A stretch of 61,681 nucleotides of DNA from the NCBI GenBank assembly GCA_035574915.1, contig DATLYJ010000089.1, forward strand, positions 1 to 61,681, in the 5' to 3' direction. The DNA comes from Dehalococcoidia bacterium (GTDB lineage: Bacteria; Chloroflexota; Dehalococcoidia; DSTF01; WHTK01). The notes under the pieces are model-generated. The model saw only the letters and a list, made by a program, of their open reading frames with translations. It had not been told where the DNA came from and did no database searches. Below are positions 1-8,549 of this stretch, in pieces. The position numbers and the translations under genes are program-made. Position 1 is the stretch's first letter. Each line of letters starts with the position of its first letter.

Positions 1-522
1 ATTGCCTTCACGGACCGCGTGGAGCTGTACCTGCGCCCGCGCAAAGGACAGCACCACGTCCTGCGCATGGCGCGAGACCTGATCTACCACCGGACCAGGG
101 GCACCGGCACCAGCATCGAGGCGGCGACAGATTTCCTGATGCGCGTCGCCAAGCGGCCCGGCGTCGCGTTCATAATCTCCGACTTTCACGCGCGCGGCTA
201 CGCTCCTTCCCTGCGCCTCGCGGCCCAGAAGCACGACGTCATCGCCGTGAGCATCACCGACCCGCGCGAGGTGGAGTTGCCGCCGGCCGGCCTCGTAGCC
301 CTGCGCGATCCCGAGAGCGGCGCGGAGACGCTCATAGACACGGAGGACCGGCGCGAACGCGAACGCTACGCGGCGATGGCAGCCGAGCGGCTGTTGGCGC
401 GGCGCCGCCTCCTCACCGGGCTGGGCGTCGACGAGGTCCCGCTGCGCACCGACCGGTCCTACGTCGAACCGCTGATGCAGTTCTTTCGGGCCCGGGCCGG
501 CAGGAGGGTCGCGAGGGCATGA
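1..522 (+). CDS. DUF58 family protein, C-terminal part (5' end lies outside the window)
   Basis: Frame is open from base 1. AFIISDFHARGY...VSITDPREVELPPAG resembles the C-terminal block of DUF58 (MoxR partner) proteins. The stop overlaps the next start as ATGA (519-522). Confidence 0.7.
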   Translation: MAFTDRVELYLRPRKGQHHVLRMARDLIYHRTRGTGTSIEAATDFLMRVAKRPGVAFIISDFHARGYAPSLRLAAQKHDVIAVSITDPREVELPPAGLVALRDPESGAETLIDTEDRRERERYAAMAAERLLARRRLLTGLGVDEVPLRTDRSYVEPLMQFFRARAGRRVARA

Positions 523-1526
523 GAGGCCTCCACTTCCGCGCCCGTCCCTGGTCACGACTGGTGGCCCTTGCCGCCGCTGCCGGCCTCGCCATGGGGCTGC
601 TACACATCGGGGCGGGGGACGCTTCTGCCGAAGAGCCGGCGGTGACCCGGTATGACGTCGAGGCGCCGCCGACCCTGACGATCGGCGACCGCTTTCGGGT
701 GACCATTGTGGTGGAGGCGGACGCGGGAACGCGGGTGGAGATTGCCCCGGGCGGGATTCCGGAGGATGTCGCCCTGGCGGAGTCGGCGCGCTTCAGCAGC
801 AGCGACCTCGGTGGCGGGCGCACCCAGATACGCATCGAGTTGGTGCTGTCGGCCTTCGTGCTCGGGGATTACCAGATGCCTCCTATCCGGCTGCGCTACC
901 GCGACGCGTCCGGCGTGGCCGGTGAGCTGCGGACGCCGTCGGCGCGCCTGCTGATCCGCGGCACGCTGCCCTCGGGACCGCAGCTGCCGGAGCCGCGCGA
1001 CCTGAAGCCGCAGGCCGAGATCGGGGCGCCACCGGGACCGCCTTATGAGCTGATTGGCGTTGCGGCCGCCGCTTTCGTGGTGGCAGCGGCGCTGATGGCG
1101 GTCGCGTTAAGGCGCCTGCAACGCCCGGCGGAAGGGCCCGCAGCTGCAGCTTCGGCGGAGGAGCCGCTGGGTCCGGAGGACGCAGCGCGCCGTCGTCTCG
1201 ATCAGGCCGGCGCCCGCTTAGCCGAGGACGGTGACCTGCAGACCTATTACGCGACCATATCCAGGGCCGTGAGGACCTACCTCACGGAGCGCTTCGGCTT
1301 TCCTGCTTTCGCCCTCACCACGGCCGAACTGCAAGGACAGATGGTCTTTCGAGGCATGGACCGCTGGCAGGCGCGGCTGGTCGCGGGCCTCCTGGAGCAG
1401 TGCGATTCCGTCATCTACGCGCGCTATCGCCCGGCCGGGGAGCGCGCCGATGCCGACTTGACGGCCGCGTACGAGATCGTCGAAATGAGCCGCCCGCGGC
1501 AGGAGCCTCAGGAGGTGGCGGTGTGA
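519..1526 (+). CDS. BatD/DUF4381-like membrane protein
   Basis: N-terminal signal/TM segment, a central TM (LIGVAAAAFVVAAALMAVAL) and a C-terminal block (YYATISRAVRTYLTERFGF...TTAEL) typical of the membrane protein found between DUF58 and VWA genes. Overlaps both neighbours. Confidence 0.55.
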   Translation: MRGLHFRARPWSRLVALAAAAGLAMGLLHIGAGDASAEEPAVTRYDVEAPPTLTIGDRFRVTIVVEADAGTRVEIAPGGIPEDVALAESARFSSSDLGGGRTQIRIELVLSAFVLGDYQMPPIRLRYRDASGVAGELRTPSARLLIRGTLPSGPQLPEPRDLKPQAEIGAPPGPPYELIGVAAAAFVVAAALMAVALRRLQRPAEGPAAAASAEEPLGPEDAARRRLDQAGARLAEDGDLQTYYATISRAVRTYLTERFGFPAFALTTAELQGQMVFRGMDRWQARLVAGLLEQCDSVIYARYRPAGERADADLTAAYEIVEMSRPRQEPQEVAV

Positions 1527-2461
1527 GGTTCGCCGACCCTTACCTCCTGCTCCTCTTGATTGCCATCCCGGCGCTCCTGTGGCTGAAGGTGCGGCTGACG
1601 CGCGAGCGAGCCGGAGCTTCGTTCTCGAACCTCGAGCTGCTTGCCGGCTACCGCCCGACCTGGCGCGTCCGTTATCGCTGGGTGCCGACCCTGTTCCGCG
1701 CGGGCGCCGTGGCGATGCTTGTCGTCGCACTCGCTCGACCGCAGCAGGGACAGGCCGAGAGCGAGTTGCCGGGCCAGGGCATCGACATCGCGTTGGTGCT
1801 CGACACCTCGGGCAGCATGACCTCGACGCCCCTGGGCCGCGAGACCCGCCTCGCCGTCGCCCAGAACAACATCAGGGAGTTCATCAGCGGCCGCCGCGAA
1901 GACCGGATCGGCCTGGTCATCTTCGCCGACCGCAGCTTGGTCCTGAGCCCCCTCACGCTCGACTACGAGGCGCTCAAGAGCCTGGTCACGGACGTGACTC
2001 AGGTGGATGTGGGCGGTAACACTGCAATCGGCATGGGACTCGCTGAGGCGGTGGAACTGCTGCGTGGCTCGCGGGCGCGCAGCCGCGTCGTGATCCTTTT
2101 GACCGACGGCGAGAATAACTCCGGTGACATCGATCCCGGCCAGGCGGCGCGCATCGCGCAGGCGCTCGGCGTCCGCGTGCACACGATCGGCATCCTCGAT
2201 AGCGGCACGCGCGCCGCGAACGTCAACGAAGAGGTCCTCACCCAGATGGCGGAGGTCACGGGTGGCCGCTACTTCCCTGTCACGAGCCCCGAGTCCCTGG
2301 CCCGCGTGTACGAGAACATCGACCAGCTGGAGAAGTCGCGCATCGGCCGCCTGCAGTTTGCGGCCTACGACGAGCTTGCCTGGTACTTCCTCGCGGCCGC
2401 CATAGGGCTGCTTGCCGTCGAGCTGCTGGCTAACATGACCATCTGGCGGAGGGCCCTCTGA
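1523..2461 (+). CDS. VWA domain-containing protein (BatA-like)
   Basis: GTG at 1523 lies 7 nt after GGAGG and overlaps the upstream stop (GTGA). N-terminus MRFADPYLLLLLIAIPALLW and the MIDAS-like block DIALVLDTSGSM are typical of BatA-type VWA proteins. The longer ORF-track start at 1400 was rejected. Confidence 0.85.
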   Translation: MRFADPYLLLLLIAIPALLWLKVRLTRERAGASFSNLELLAGYRPTWRVRYRWVPTLFRAGAVAMLVVALARPQQGQAESELPGQGIDIALVLDTSGSMTSTPLGRETRLAVAQNNIREFISGRREDRIGLVIFADRSLVLSPLTLDYEALKSLVTDVTQVDVGGNTAIGMGLAEAVELLRGSRARSRVVILLTDGENNSGDIDPGQAARIAQALGVRVHTIGILDSGTRAANVNEEVLTQMAEVTGGRYFPVTSPESLARVYENIDQLEKSRIGRLQFAAYDELAWYFLAAAIGLLAVELLANMTIWRRAL

Positions 2462-4215
2462 TGAGCCTCGCTGACGGCAACTGGCTCTTTGCCCTCCTGG
2501 CGGTCGAGGCGATCGCCATCGGCTTCGTCTGGCTGGGCCTGTGGCGGAGGCGGGCGAGCGCCGTTTTCGCGGGCGAGCGGGCCGCATCGCCCGGATCGGC
2601 GGCATACTGGGTGAAAGCGACCCTCGTGGTCATAGCGGCGACCCTGGTGGTGATTGCCATGGCCAGGCCGCAGTGGGGCTCGCGCGAGTTCAGCCGTCAG
2701 CACGAGGGCGTAGACGTCGTCATCGCCCTCGACATCTCGCAGAGCATGACGGCCACGGACTCGCAACCCTCTCGCCTTGGCCTCGCCCAGACACAACTCC
2801 GCAGCCTGCTCGAGGGCATCCGCGGCAACCGCGTTGGCCTGGTGTTGTTCGCTGGCAGCAGCATCGTCCGATCGCCGCTTTCGACCGACACCACCGCCAT
2901 CGCGACGATCATCGCGGGCGCGGAGCAGGAGTCGCGCTTGACGCGGGCCGGTTCCGACCTAGGCGCCGCCCTGGACCAGGCTGCCCGCGTGCTCGAGGCC
3001 AGCGAGAGTCCGGGAAAGGCGGTCATCCTGGTTAGCGATGGCGAAGACCACGTGGGCAATGCTGTGCAAAAGGCGGCAGAGCTGGGTGCGAAGGGTATAA
3101 CCGTATTCGCCGCCGGCGTCGGCTCGCCCCAGGGTTCGACGCTGGTCGAGCGTGTCGCGGGCGGGACACAGACGCGCCTCAAGGTCGACGCCTCCGGCCA
3201 ACCGGTGATTACGCGGCTGAATGAGAACGTACTCAGGTCTGTGGCCGCGGCCGGTGGCGGCCGTTACCTGCGGCTGGACTCGACGCCGCTCCTCAGCCTT
3301 CGCGGCGACCTCCAGAACCTGGAGCAGACCCCGCTAGCGGAACAGACACAGAAGGTCCCGGTTGAGCGCTTTCAGATTTTCGTAATTGCCGCTCTCGCCG
3401 TACTGGTCCTGGCCTGGTTCGTGCCGGACCCGTTGCCACGGCCCTCCTTCCGGCGCGCGCTCTCCCTGAGGCCCCGGCCCGCCCTGGCACTGGTGGCCGT
3501 GGCCGCGCTCCTCGGCGCGTGTTCAGGCGACGGCGACTCGCTACGTTCGGAGGTACAGCGAGCAAACAGACTGTACGAAGAGGGCCGATTCGAGGAGGCG
3601 CTCGACATCTATCAACGCCTGCAGGCGCAACGCCCGGACTTGCCCGAGCTCGCCTATAACGCGGGTAATGCCCTCCACCGTCTCGAGCGCTTCGACCGGG
3701 CGGTGGCAGAGACGCGCCGTGCTCTGCCCCCGAGCACCATCGCCCTCGGCGCTGCGACCTACTACGCTCTCGGGAACCACTATCTGGCGCAACGAGACCT
3801 CATGAACGCCTTCGAGGCGTACAAAAGCGCCCTGTTGCTCAACCCTGGCGATAGTGATGCCAAGTGGAACATCGAACTGGTCCTCTTGCTCATGAACCGG
3901 CGCGACCAGCCTCAGGCGCAACAGCAGCCAGGCCCCGGCGACGCGCAACAGCAGCCGCCGGACAGCGAACAATCGGCCGACACGGAAGGTCCGAGCCAGC
4001 CACGGGAGGGCCAGCCTCAGGGGCAGCCTTCGCCGCAGCAAGGGCAGGATCAGCCGAGCCAGGCTCAGGTCCTGCAGCAGCTGCGGGAGGCGCTGGCGGG
4101 CATCGATGAGGACCTCACGTTCGAGGAGGCTATACGCATCCTGGAACTGCTGCGCCAGCGCCGCCAGGCCCAGCCTCAGCTGCCCTCGACTTCCCCGGGC
4201 GGGCTCGACTACTGA
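2461..4215 (+). CDS. VWA plus TPR protein (BatB-like) with a Gln/Pro-rich tail
   Basis: DVVIALDISQSM VWA block, an internal TM segment, TPR-like repeats (YNAGNALHRLERFDRA, YYALGNHYLAQRD), then a Q/P-rich low-complexity C-terminus. The start overlaps the upstream stop by 1 nt. Confidence 0.85.
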   Translation: MSLADGNWLFALLAVEAIAIGFVWLGLWRRRASAVFAGERAASPGSAAYWVKATLVVIAATLVVIAMARPQWGSREFSRQHEGVDVVIALDISQSMTATDSQPSRLGLAQTQLRSLLEGIRGNRVGLVLFAGSSIVRSPLSTDTTAIATIIAGAEQESRLTRAGSDLGAALDQAARVLEASESPGKAVILVSDGEDHVGNAVQKAAELGAKGITVFAAGVGSPQGSTLVERVAGGTQTRLKVDASGQPVITRLNENVLRSVAAAGGGRYLRLDSTPLLSLRGDLQNLEQTPLAEQTQKVPVERFQIFVIAALAVLVLAWFVPDPLPRPSFRRALSLRPRPALALVAVAALLGACSGDGDSLRSEVQRANRLYEEGRFEEALDIYQRLQAQRPDLPELAYNAGNALHRLERFDRAVAETRRALPPSTIALGAATYYALGNHYLAQRDLMNAFEAYKSALLLNPGDSDAKWNIELVLLLMNRRDQPQAQQQPGPGDAQQQPPDSEQSADTEGPSQPREGQPQGQPSPQQGQDQPSQAQVLQQLREALAGIDEDLTFEEAIRILELLRQRRQAQPQLPSTSPGGLDY

Positions 4216-4436
4216 TGGCCGACTGGGCGTTTCTGGAGACGGCGCCCGACCAGCTTACGGCGGAGATGTGGCTTGAGCAGCTCAGGCAGGCCGGCATCGC
4301 GGCCATGATCCGGCCATCAGATGCCGTCTCCTTCCTGGGCATAGCCGGCTTCGGCTGCCGCGTGCTCGTGCCCGCGCGAGACCTGGAGCACGCGCGCGAG
4401 GTGCTCGGGATCGAGGAGGAGGAGGCAGCGCGCTGA
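4215..4436 (+). CDS. DUF2007-like small protein (putative signal-transducing protein)
   Basis: 73 aa with the pattern AEMWLEQLRQAGIAAMIR...CRVLVPARDLEHAREVL, typical of DUF2007. TGATG overlap with the upstream gene. Confidence 0.55.
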   Translation: MADWAFLETAPDQLTAEMWLEQLRQAGIAAMIRPSDAVSFLGIAGFGCRVLVPARDLEHAREVLGIEEEEAAR

Positions 4437-4954
4437 ACGAGCAGGAGCGGGCGGTAACGATCGCGGACTACGACCCCAACTGGCCGCTCCTCTACGCCGA
4501 AGAGGAGCGCTGGCTCCGCCGGGAGTGGTCAGGCGCTCTGGGTGATGTGCACCATGTCGGGTCCACTGCCGTGCCCGGACTTGCGGCCAAGCCCATCATC
4601 GACATCCTGGTCCTCTTGGACCGCCTCCCCCTTTCCCGGGAGGAGATCGAGGCAGCGGTCAGCCGCGGCTACGAGTATCGAGGAGAGCAGGGCATCGGCG
4701 GCCGCGAGTACTTCAGCCGCAGGGATGCGCCCGCGGCTCACATCCATGCCTTCCACCGCGACCACCCGGAAGGCCGCCTGATGCTAGCCTTCAGGGACTA
4801 CCTCGGGGCGCACGCCGAAGCCGCGCGCGAGTACGAAGCTCTGAAGCGCCGCCTGGCTGTGGAGTACGCCGGCAATCGCCCCGGCTACACGGATGCCAAG
4901 GAGCCGTTCGTGCGGCAGATGCTGCGGCTCGACGCGGAGGCCAAGCGGCGCTGA
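4433..4954 (+). CDS. GrpB family protein (start codon unresolved; CTG 4433 proposed)
   Basis: HHVGSTAVPGLAAKPIIDILV is the GrpB signature. The conserved N-terminal block VTIADYDPNWPLLYAEEERWL lies upstream of the first GTG (4547), with no in-frame ATG/GTG/TTG. CTG 4433-4435 overlaps the upstream TGA. Confidence 0.75.
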   Translation: MNEQERAVTIADYDPNWPLLYAEEERWLRREWSGALGDVHHVGSTAVPGLAAKPIIDILVLLDRLPLSREEIEAAVSRGYEYRGEQGIGGREYFSRRDAPAAHIHAFHRDHPEGRLMLAFRDYLGAHAEAAREYEALKRRLAVEYAGNRPGYTDAKEPFVRQMLRLDAEAKRR

Positions 4955-4979
4955 TGACGGGCCAGACCGCGAGCCAGCG

Positions 4980-7268
4980 CTAACCCCAGCGCATCAGGCG
5001 GTTGAGCAGGTTCTTCCGGACCGCCTTCCACACCGAGTCCAGGCGTTCTTTCTCCTGCTCGCTAAGGGACTTCGCGCCGTACCGTGCCCGGACGTAGGCA
5101 TCGCCCAGGAAGCCGATGTCGTCCACCTCCGGCAGGTGATGACGGAGGCGGGCGGTGTACTCACGGGGCGTTTCCTGCGGGTAAGCGGGGATGCGCGCCC
5201 ACGACGCTAGGCGCAATGTCTTCTCCCACGTCTGGCTGGCAAAGTCCAGGCCTCCGAGGCCGCGCCGCCAGGCGAACTGGAAGCCGAGCAAGCCGGCGAC
5301 GGTCAGCGCCAGGACGCCGAGGGCGAGGGCCATCAGGATGTTCCCGATAAGCGTCGACCCCTCGTCAGTGGCGAGCTGCTCGACCGCCGGCGTCGCAGGC
5401 TCGATGGGGATGCCCGGGTCCTCGGGCACGAGTTCGTCTACGGGCAGTTCGTCCAGCTCGCCCGGCAGCAGGTCGGAGTCGTCGGTCCCGGGCCGGACGA
5501 TGCGCGGTTCGCTCGGCGTCGGGTTGAACTCCACCCAGCCGAGGCCGGGGAAGTACACCTCCGGCCAGGCGAAGGCGTTGGCCTCGGAGAGTATGTAGGT
5601 GCTCGTGTCCGGCAGGCGGTCCGCGGGCCGCACCACATAGCCGACGGCAATCCGGGCCGGGATGCCGAGACTGCGCAGCATCACCACCATTGCCGAAGCG
5701 TGGTAGTCGAAGTAGCCGCGGCGCGCGTCGAAGAGGAAGTACGCGACGGAGTCGCGGTTGGGGGGCGCCGGCTGGATCTTGGTGTCGACGGGGAAGTTGG
5801 TGCGCAGGAACTGCTCTATGGCCGTGGCCTTGTCGTAGGCGTTGTCCATGCCGCGGGTGAGGTCCAGCGCTTGGTTCACGACGTTGCGCGGCAGCGAGTC
5901 CGGCAACTGGAGGTAGGGTGCAATCCAGGCCGGGTAGGAGGTGCCGGCCTGGCGCAGGCGCGTCTGAGACGCGGAGGAGATCGTGCCCTCGACGCGGTAC
6001 TCCACGCCCCTGTTCAGGGTCCCGCTGGGACGGATGGAGGTCACGTCGCTCTGGTCGGCGCCGTACACGACGCGCGAGTCGACGCTCACGGAGAGCGGCT
6101 GGCCGGCGCTGAGGATCACGTTCTGGCGCCGGCTCGGCGTTATCTGCACCGAGATCGGACGGCGGAACTGCCGCCGCGCCTCCTCCGGGCTCTGGAGAGC
6201 CCGCAAGGCAGGCCAGGAGGTAGACGTGATCGTGCTCGAGCCGCTTATCTTCCAACCCTGGGACGTGTACTGGTCATAGGTCTGGGCCCGGAGGAACAGG
6301 GGAGCCTCCGGGGGCACCACCTCCGCCACCTGGCCGCCTCCGAGTGTGATCTCTCCCTGCAGGGGCAGCGTCGAGCCGAATCGGTGTACGGTGCCCCCCT
6401 TCTTGCTGTCGATGGAGGCGAAGACGCGGCCCATCTCCTGGAAGGGCCCAGCAATGGGCGCCGTCGCCTTCTGCCACACGTCGTAGAGAAGCCCGCCGCC
6501 ACTGCCCACGGGCAGCACCCAGGCGAAGAGGATCAGCGCCAACGCAACCCAGACGGTCACATTGAGCACATGGAGGCTAATGAGGTCGGGGTAGCGAGTG
6601 CCCGAACGCCGCCAATCGCGCTCGCGGCGCAGCACGTGCATGCGGGAAACAAGCAGGATCGAGCCGAACAGGAAGACCATCAAGGCGCCTGAGCTCTGGC
6701 CGGGCAGGTAGCTGATGTTCGTCAGGAGCGCCAGGCCGCCGGGTATTAGGCCGATCCAGGCGTTGTACCAGCGGAACAGGCTCCAGGCCGAGACATATGC
6801 CGTCAGGTAAGTCAGGGCGACAACCATGACGACGAAGGGCAGGTTGTCGTTGGAGATGCCGCCGGTCGTGAGAGCGGTGAACCAGAGGTCCATACGGTCG
6901 TAAAGCTCCCGTACCCGGACCTCCAACGACCCCTGCAGGTCGCCCGTCGAACCGATGACGACGGCTGCTGCCCCTGTAAGGAGCGCGAGGGTGTGGGCGA
7001 TCAGCTCGTTCAAAGGCGTCTTTGCCAGCACGATGCCGAGCACGAGGCCAAAGAGGGCGATCGGGTAAAGCGAGGGCATCTCGTCGACCCAGTTCGCGCT
7101 GTCGATGGACTGGACGACGGCCATGAAGACGATGAAGACGATGACGAAGGTGACCAGTTCCTCCCAGGAGAAAACGGCGAACTTCTGCCACCAGGGCGGC
7201 TTCTGCGGCGCCTGCTCCTGGGGCAGCTCCGGTCCCTTGAAGAACTCCTCCCAGGTTGCCTGCCTCAT
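4980..7268 (-). CDS. Transglutaminase-like (TgpA-type) polytopic membrane protein, catalytic triad apparently substituted
   Basis: N-terminal multi-TM region, a TGase core (FLFDARRGYFDYHASAMVVMLRSLGIPARIAVGY ... AFAWPEVYFPGLGWVEFNPTPS) and a C-terminal TM plus DUF4129-like end. Third gene of a MoxR-DUF58-TGase operon. Confidence 0.85.
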   Translation of the reverse strand: MRQATWEEFFKGPELPQEQAPQKPPWWQKFAVFSWEELVTFVIVFIVFMAVVQSIDSANWVDEMPSLYPIALFGLVLGIVLAKTPLNELIAHTLALLTGAAAVVIGSTGDLQGSLEVRVRELYDRMDLWFTALTTGGISNDNLPFVVMVVALTYLTAYVSAWSLFRWYNAWIGLIPGGLALLTNISYLPGQSSGALMVFLFGSILLVSRMHVLRRERDWRRSGTRYPDLISLHVLNVTVWVALALILFAWVLPVGSGGGLLYDVWQKATAPIAGPFQEMGRVFASIDSKKGGTVHRFGSTLPLQGEITLGGGQVAEVVPPEAPLFLRAQTYDQYTSQGWKISGSSTITSTSWPALRALQSPEEARRQFRRPISVQITPSRRQNVILSAGQPLSVSVDSRVVYGADQSDVTSIRPSGTLNRGVEYRVEGTISSASQTRLRQAGTSYPAWIAPYLQLPDSLPRNVVNQALDLTRGMDNAYDKATAIEQFLRTNFPVDTKIQPAPPNRDSVAYFLFDARRGYFDYHASAMVVMLRSLGIPARIAVGYVVRPADRLPDTSTYILSEANAFAWPEVYFPGLGWVEFNPTPSEPRIVRPGTDDSDLLPGELDELPVDELVPEDPGIPIEPATPAVEQLATDEGSTLIGNILMALALGVLALTVAGLLGFQFAWRRGLGGLDFASQTWEKTLRLASWARIPAYPQETPREYTARLRHHLPEVDDIGFLGDAYVRARYGAKSLSEQEKERLDSVWKAVRKNLLNRLMRWG

Positions 7269-8539
7269 CTCTCCAGCCGCCCCGCGATCGTTTCGGAAGT
7301 GGTCCCGGAACCGAAGGCCAGGGACGCGTCCAGGTCCTCGGACTTGCGGACCACGTAGGTATAGATGTCGCCCGCTGCCAGGGCGCCGAACACCATCAGC
7401 GAGTTCTTGCTGCTGCCGAAAGTCGCGGCGTCGAGGATCACCGCGGCCACCTTGACGCCCCGCTGGGCAAGGAACTGCAGGCTGCCGACCCAGTCCTCTT
7501 CGGTCGAAGGAGTGATGACCACGACGGTCGTGTGACGCCCGAAGCGCTTGGACTCCTCCGTAACCAGCGTCCCTATGTCGACATCGCCCTCGGCCGTCGC
7601 CAGCGCAAGCGCCTCGAGGATGCGCGTGTAGTGCTGCGCCCCGCGCTCCGCCTCCTCGACGAACAAGCGTTTGCCGTAGCTGATGAAGCCGATGGAGCGG
7701 TTGGCGAGCAGGAAGTAGCGCGCGATAGAGGCCGCAACGCGGACGGCGTGCTCCTCCGTGCTGTCATCGCCCTGTCCGATGTGCACGGACTTGTCGAGGT
7801 CGAGGATGACCCAGATGTCGCTCGCCGGGTCGAGCTCGAAGAGCTTGACCATGAGCTGGTTCGTGCGCGCCACGGTAGGCCAGTGAATGCGGTTGAAGCT
7901 GTCCCCTGGCTCATAGGGACGGATGCCGGAGGCGTTCGGCGTGACATAGTGAGTCCGCTTTCTGAAGCGGCCCTCGCCGGGAAGGTGGGCGGGCGGGACG
8001 TAAAAGTTAGGCAGCTCCGTCGCGCGCGGGTAAACCAGCACGCTCTGCGGCCGGCCGTAGGTCTGTGTCGAACGGAAGAAGCCGAAGGGATCACCAGTGG
8101 TGACCCTCACGGGCCCGACGCTGAACAGGCCCCGCCGCCTGCAGACTGTCGACGTCCGCCAGGTCTTCGACTCTCGCGGCCCCAGCGTTATCACCCTGGT
8201 CGCGTTGTGTCCCGGGATGGTCGAGGAGTCCTCGACCTCCAGCCACAGCTTCGTGAACCAACCCTTGTTCTTTACCGTGATGCGCTCGATGAACTCCTGG
8301 CCCTCCTGCAGGCGGTCGACGGGCCGCTCCGTCGACACCTCGAGGTTGCGGCCGTTCATCTTGTGCCAGTAGTAAGCGATCGGCACGCCGAGGAGGATCA
8401 GGTAGGCGAGGCGTGTCGGGAGCCAGAAGCCGGTCGAGAGGGCCGAAACGACGCAGACGAAGAATATGATCGTGATCGCCGTCAGTGAGAGGTGACGGCG
8501 GAAGAGAAGGTCCCAGCCTTCTCGCAGGAGCTCCAGCAC
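7265..8539 (-). CDS. DUF58 domain-containing protein
   Basis: Two N-terminal TM segments and the DUF58 signature IRPYEPGDSFNRIHWPTVARTNQLMVKLFE. 4-nt overlap with the downstream TGase gene. Confidence 0.85.
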   Translation of the reverse strand: MLELLREGWDLLFRRHLSLTAITIIFFVCVVSALSTGFWLPTRLAYLILLGVPIAYYWHKMNGRNLEVSTERPVDRLQEGQEFIERITVKNKGWFTKLWLEVEDSSTIPGHNATRVITLGPRESKTWRTSTVCRRRGLFSVGPVRVTTGDPFGFFRSTQTYGRPQSVLVYPRATELPNFYVPPAHLPGEGRFRKRTHYVTPNASGIRPYEPGDSFNRIHWPTVARTNQLMVKLFELDPASDIWVILDLDKSVHIGQGDDSTEEHAVRVAASIARYFLLANRSIGFISYGKRLFVEEAERGAQHYTRILEALALATAEGDVDIGTLVTEESKRFGRHTTVVVITPSTEEDWVGSLQFLAQRGVKVAAVILDAATFGSSKNSLMVFGALAAGDIYTYVVRKSEDLDASLAFGSGTTSETIAGRLER

Positions 8540-8549
8540 GGGTGAGGCC

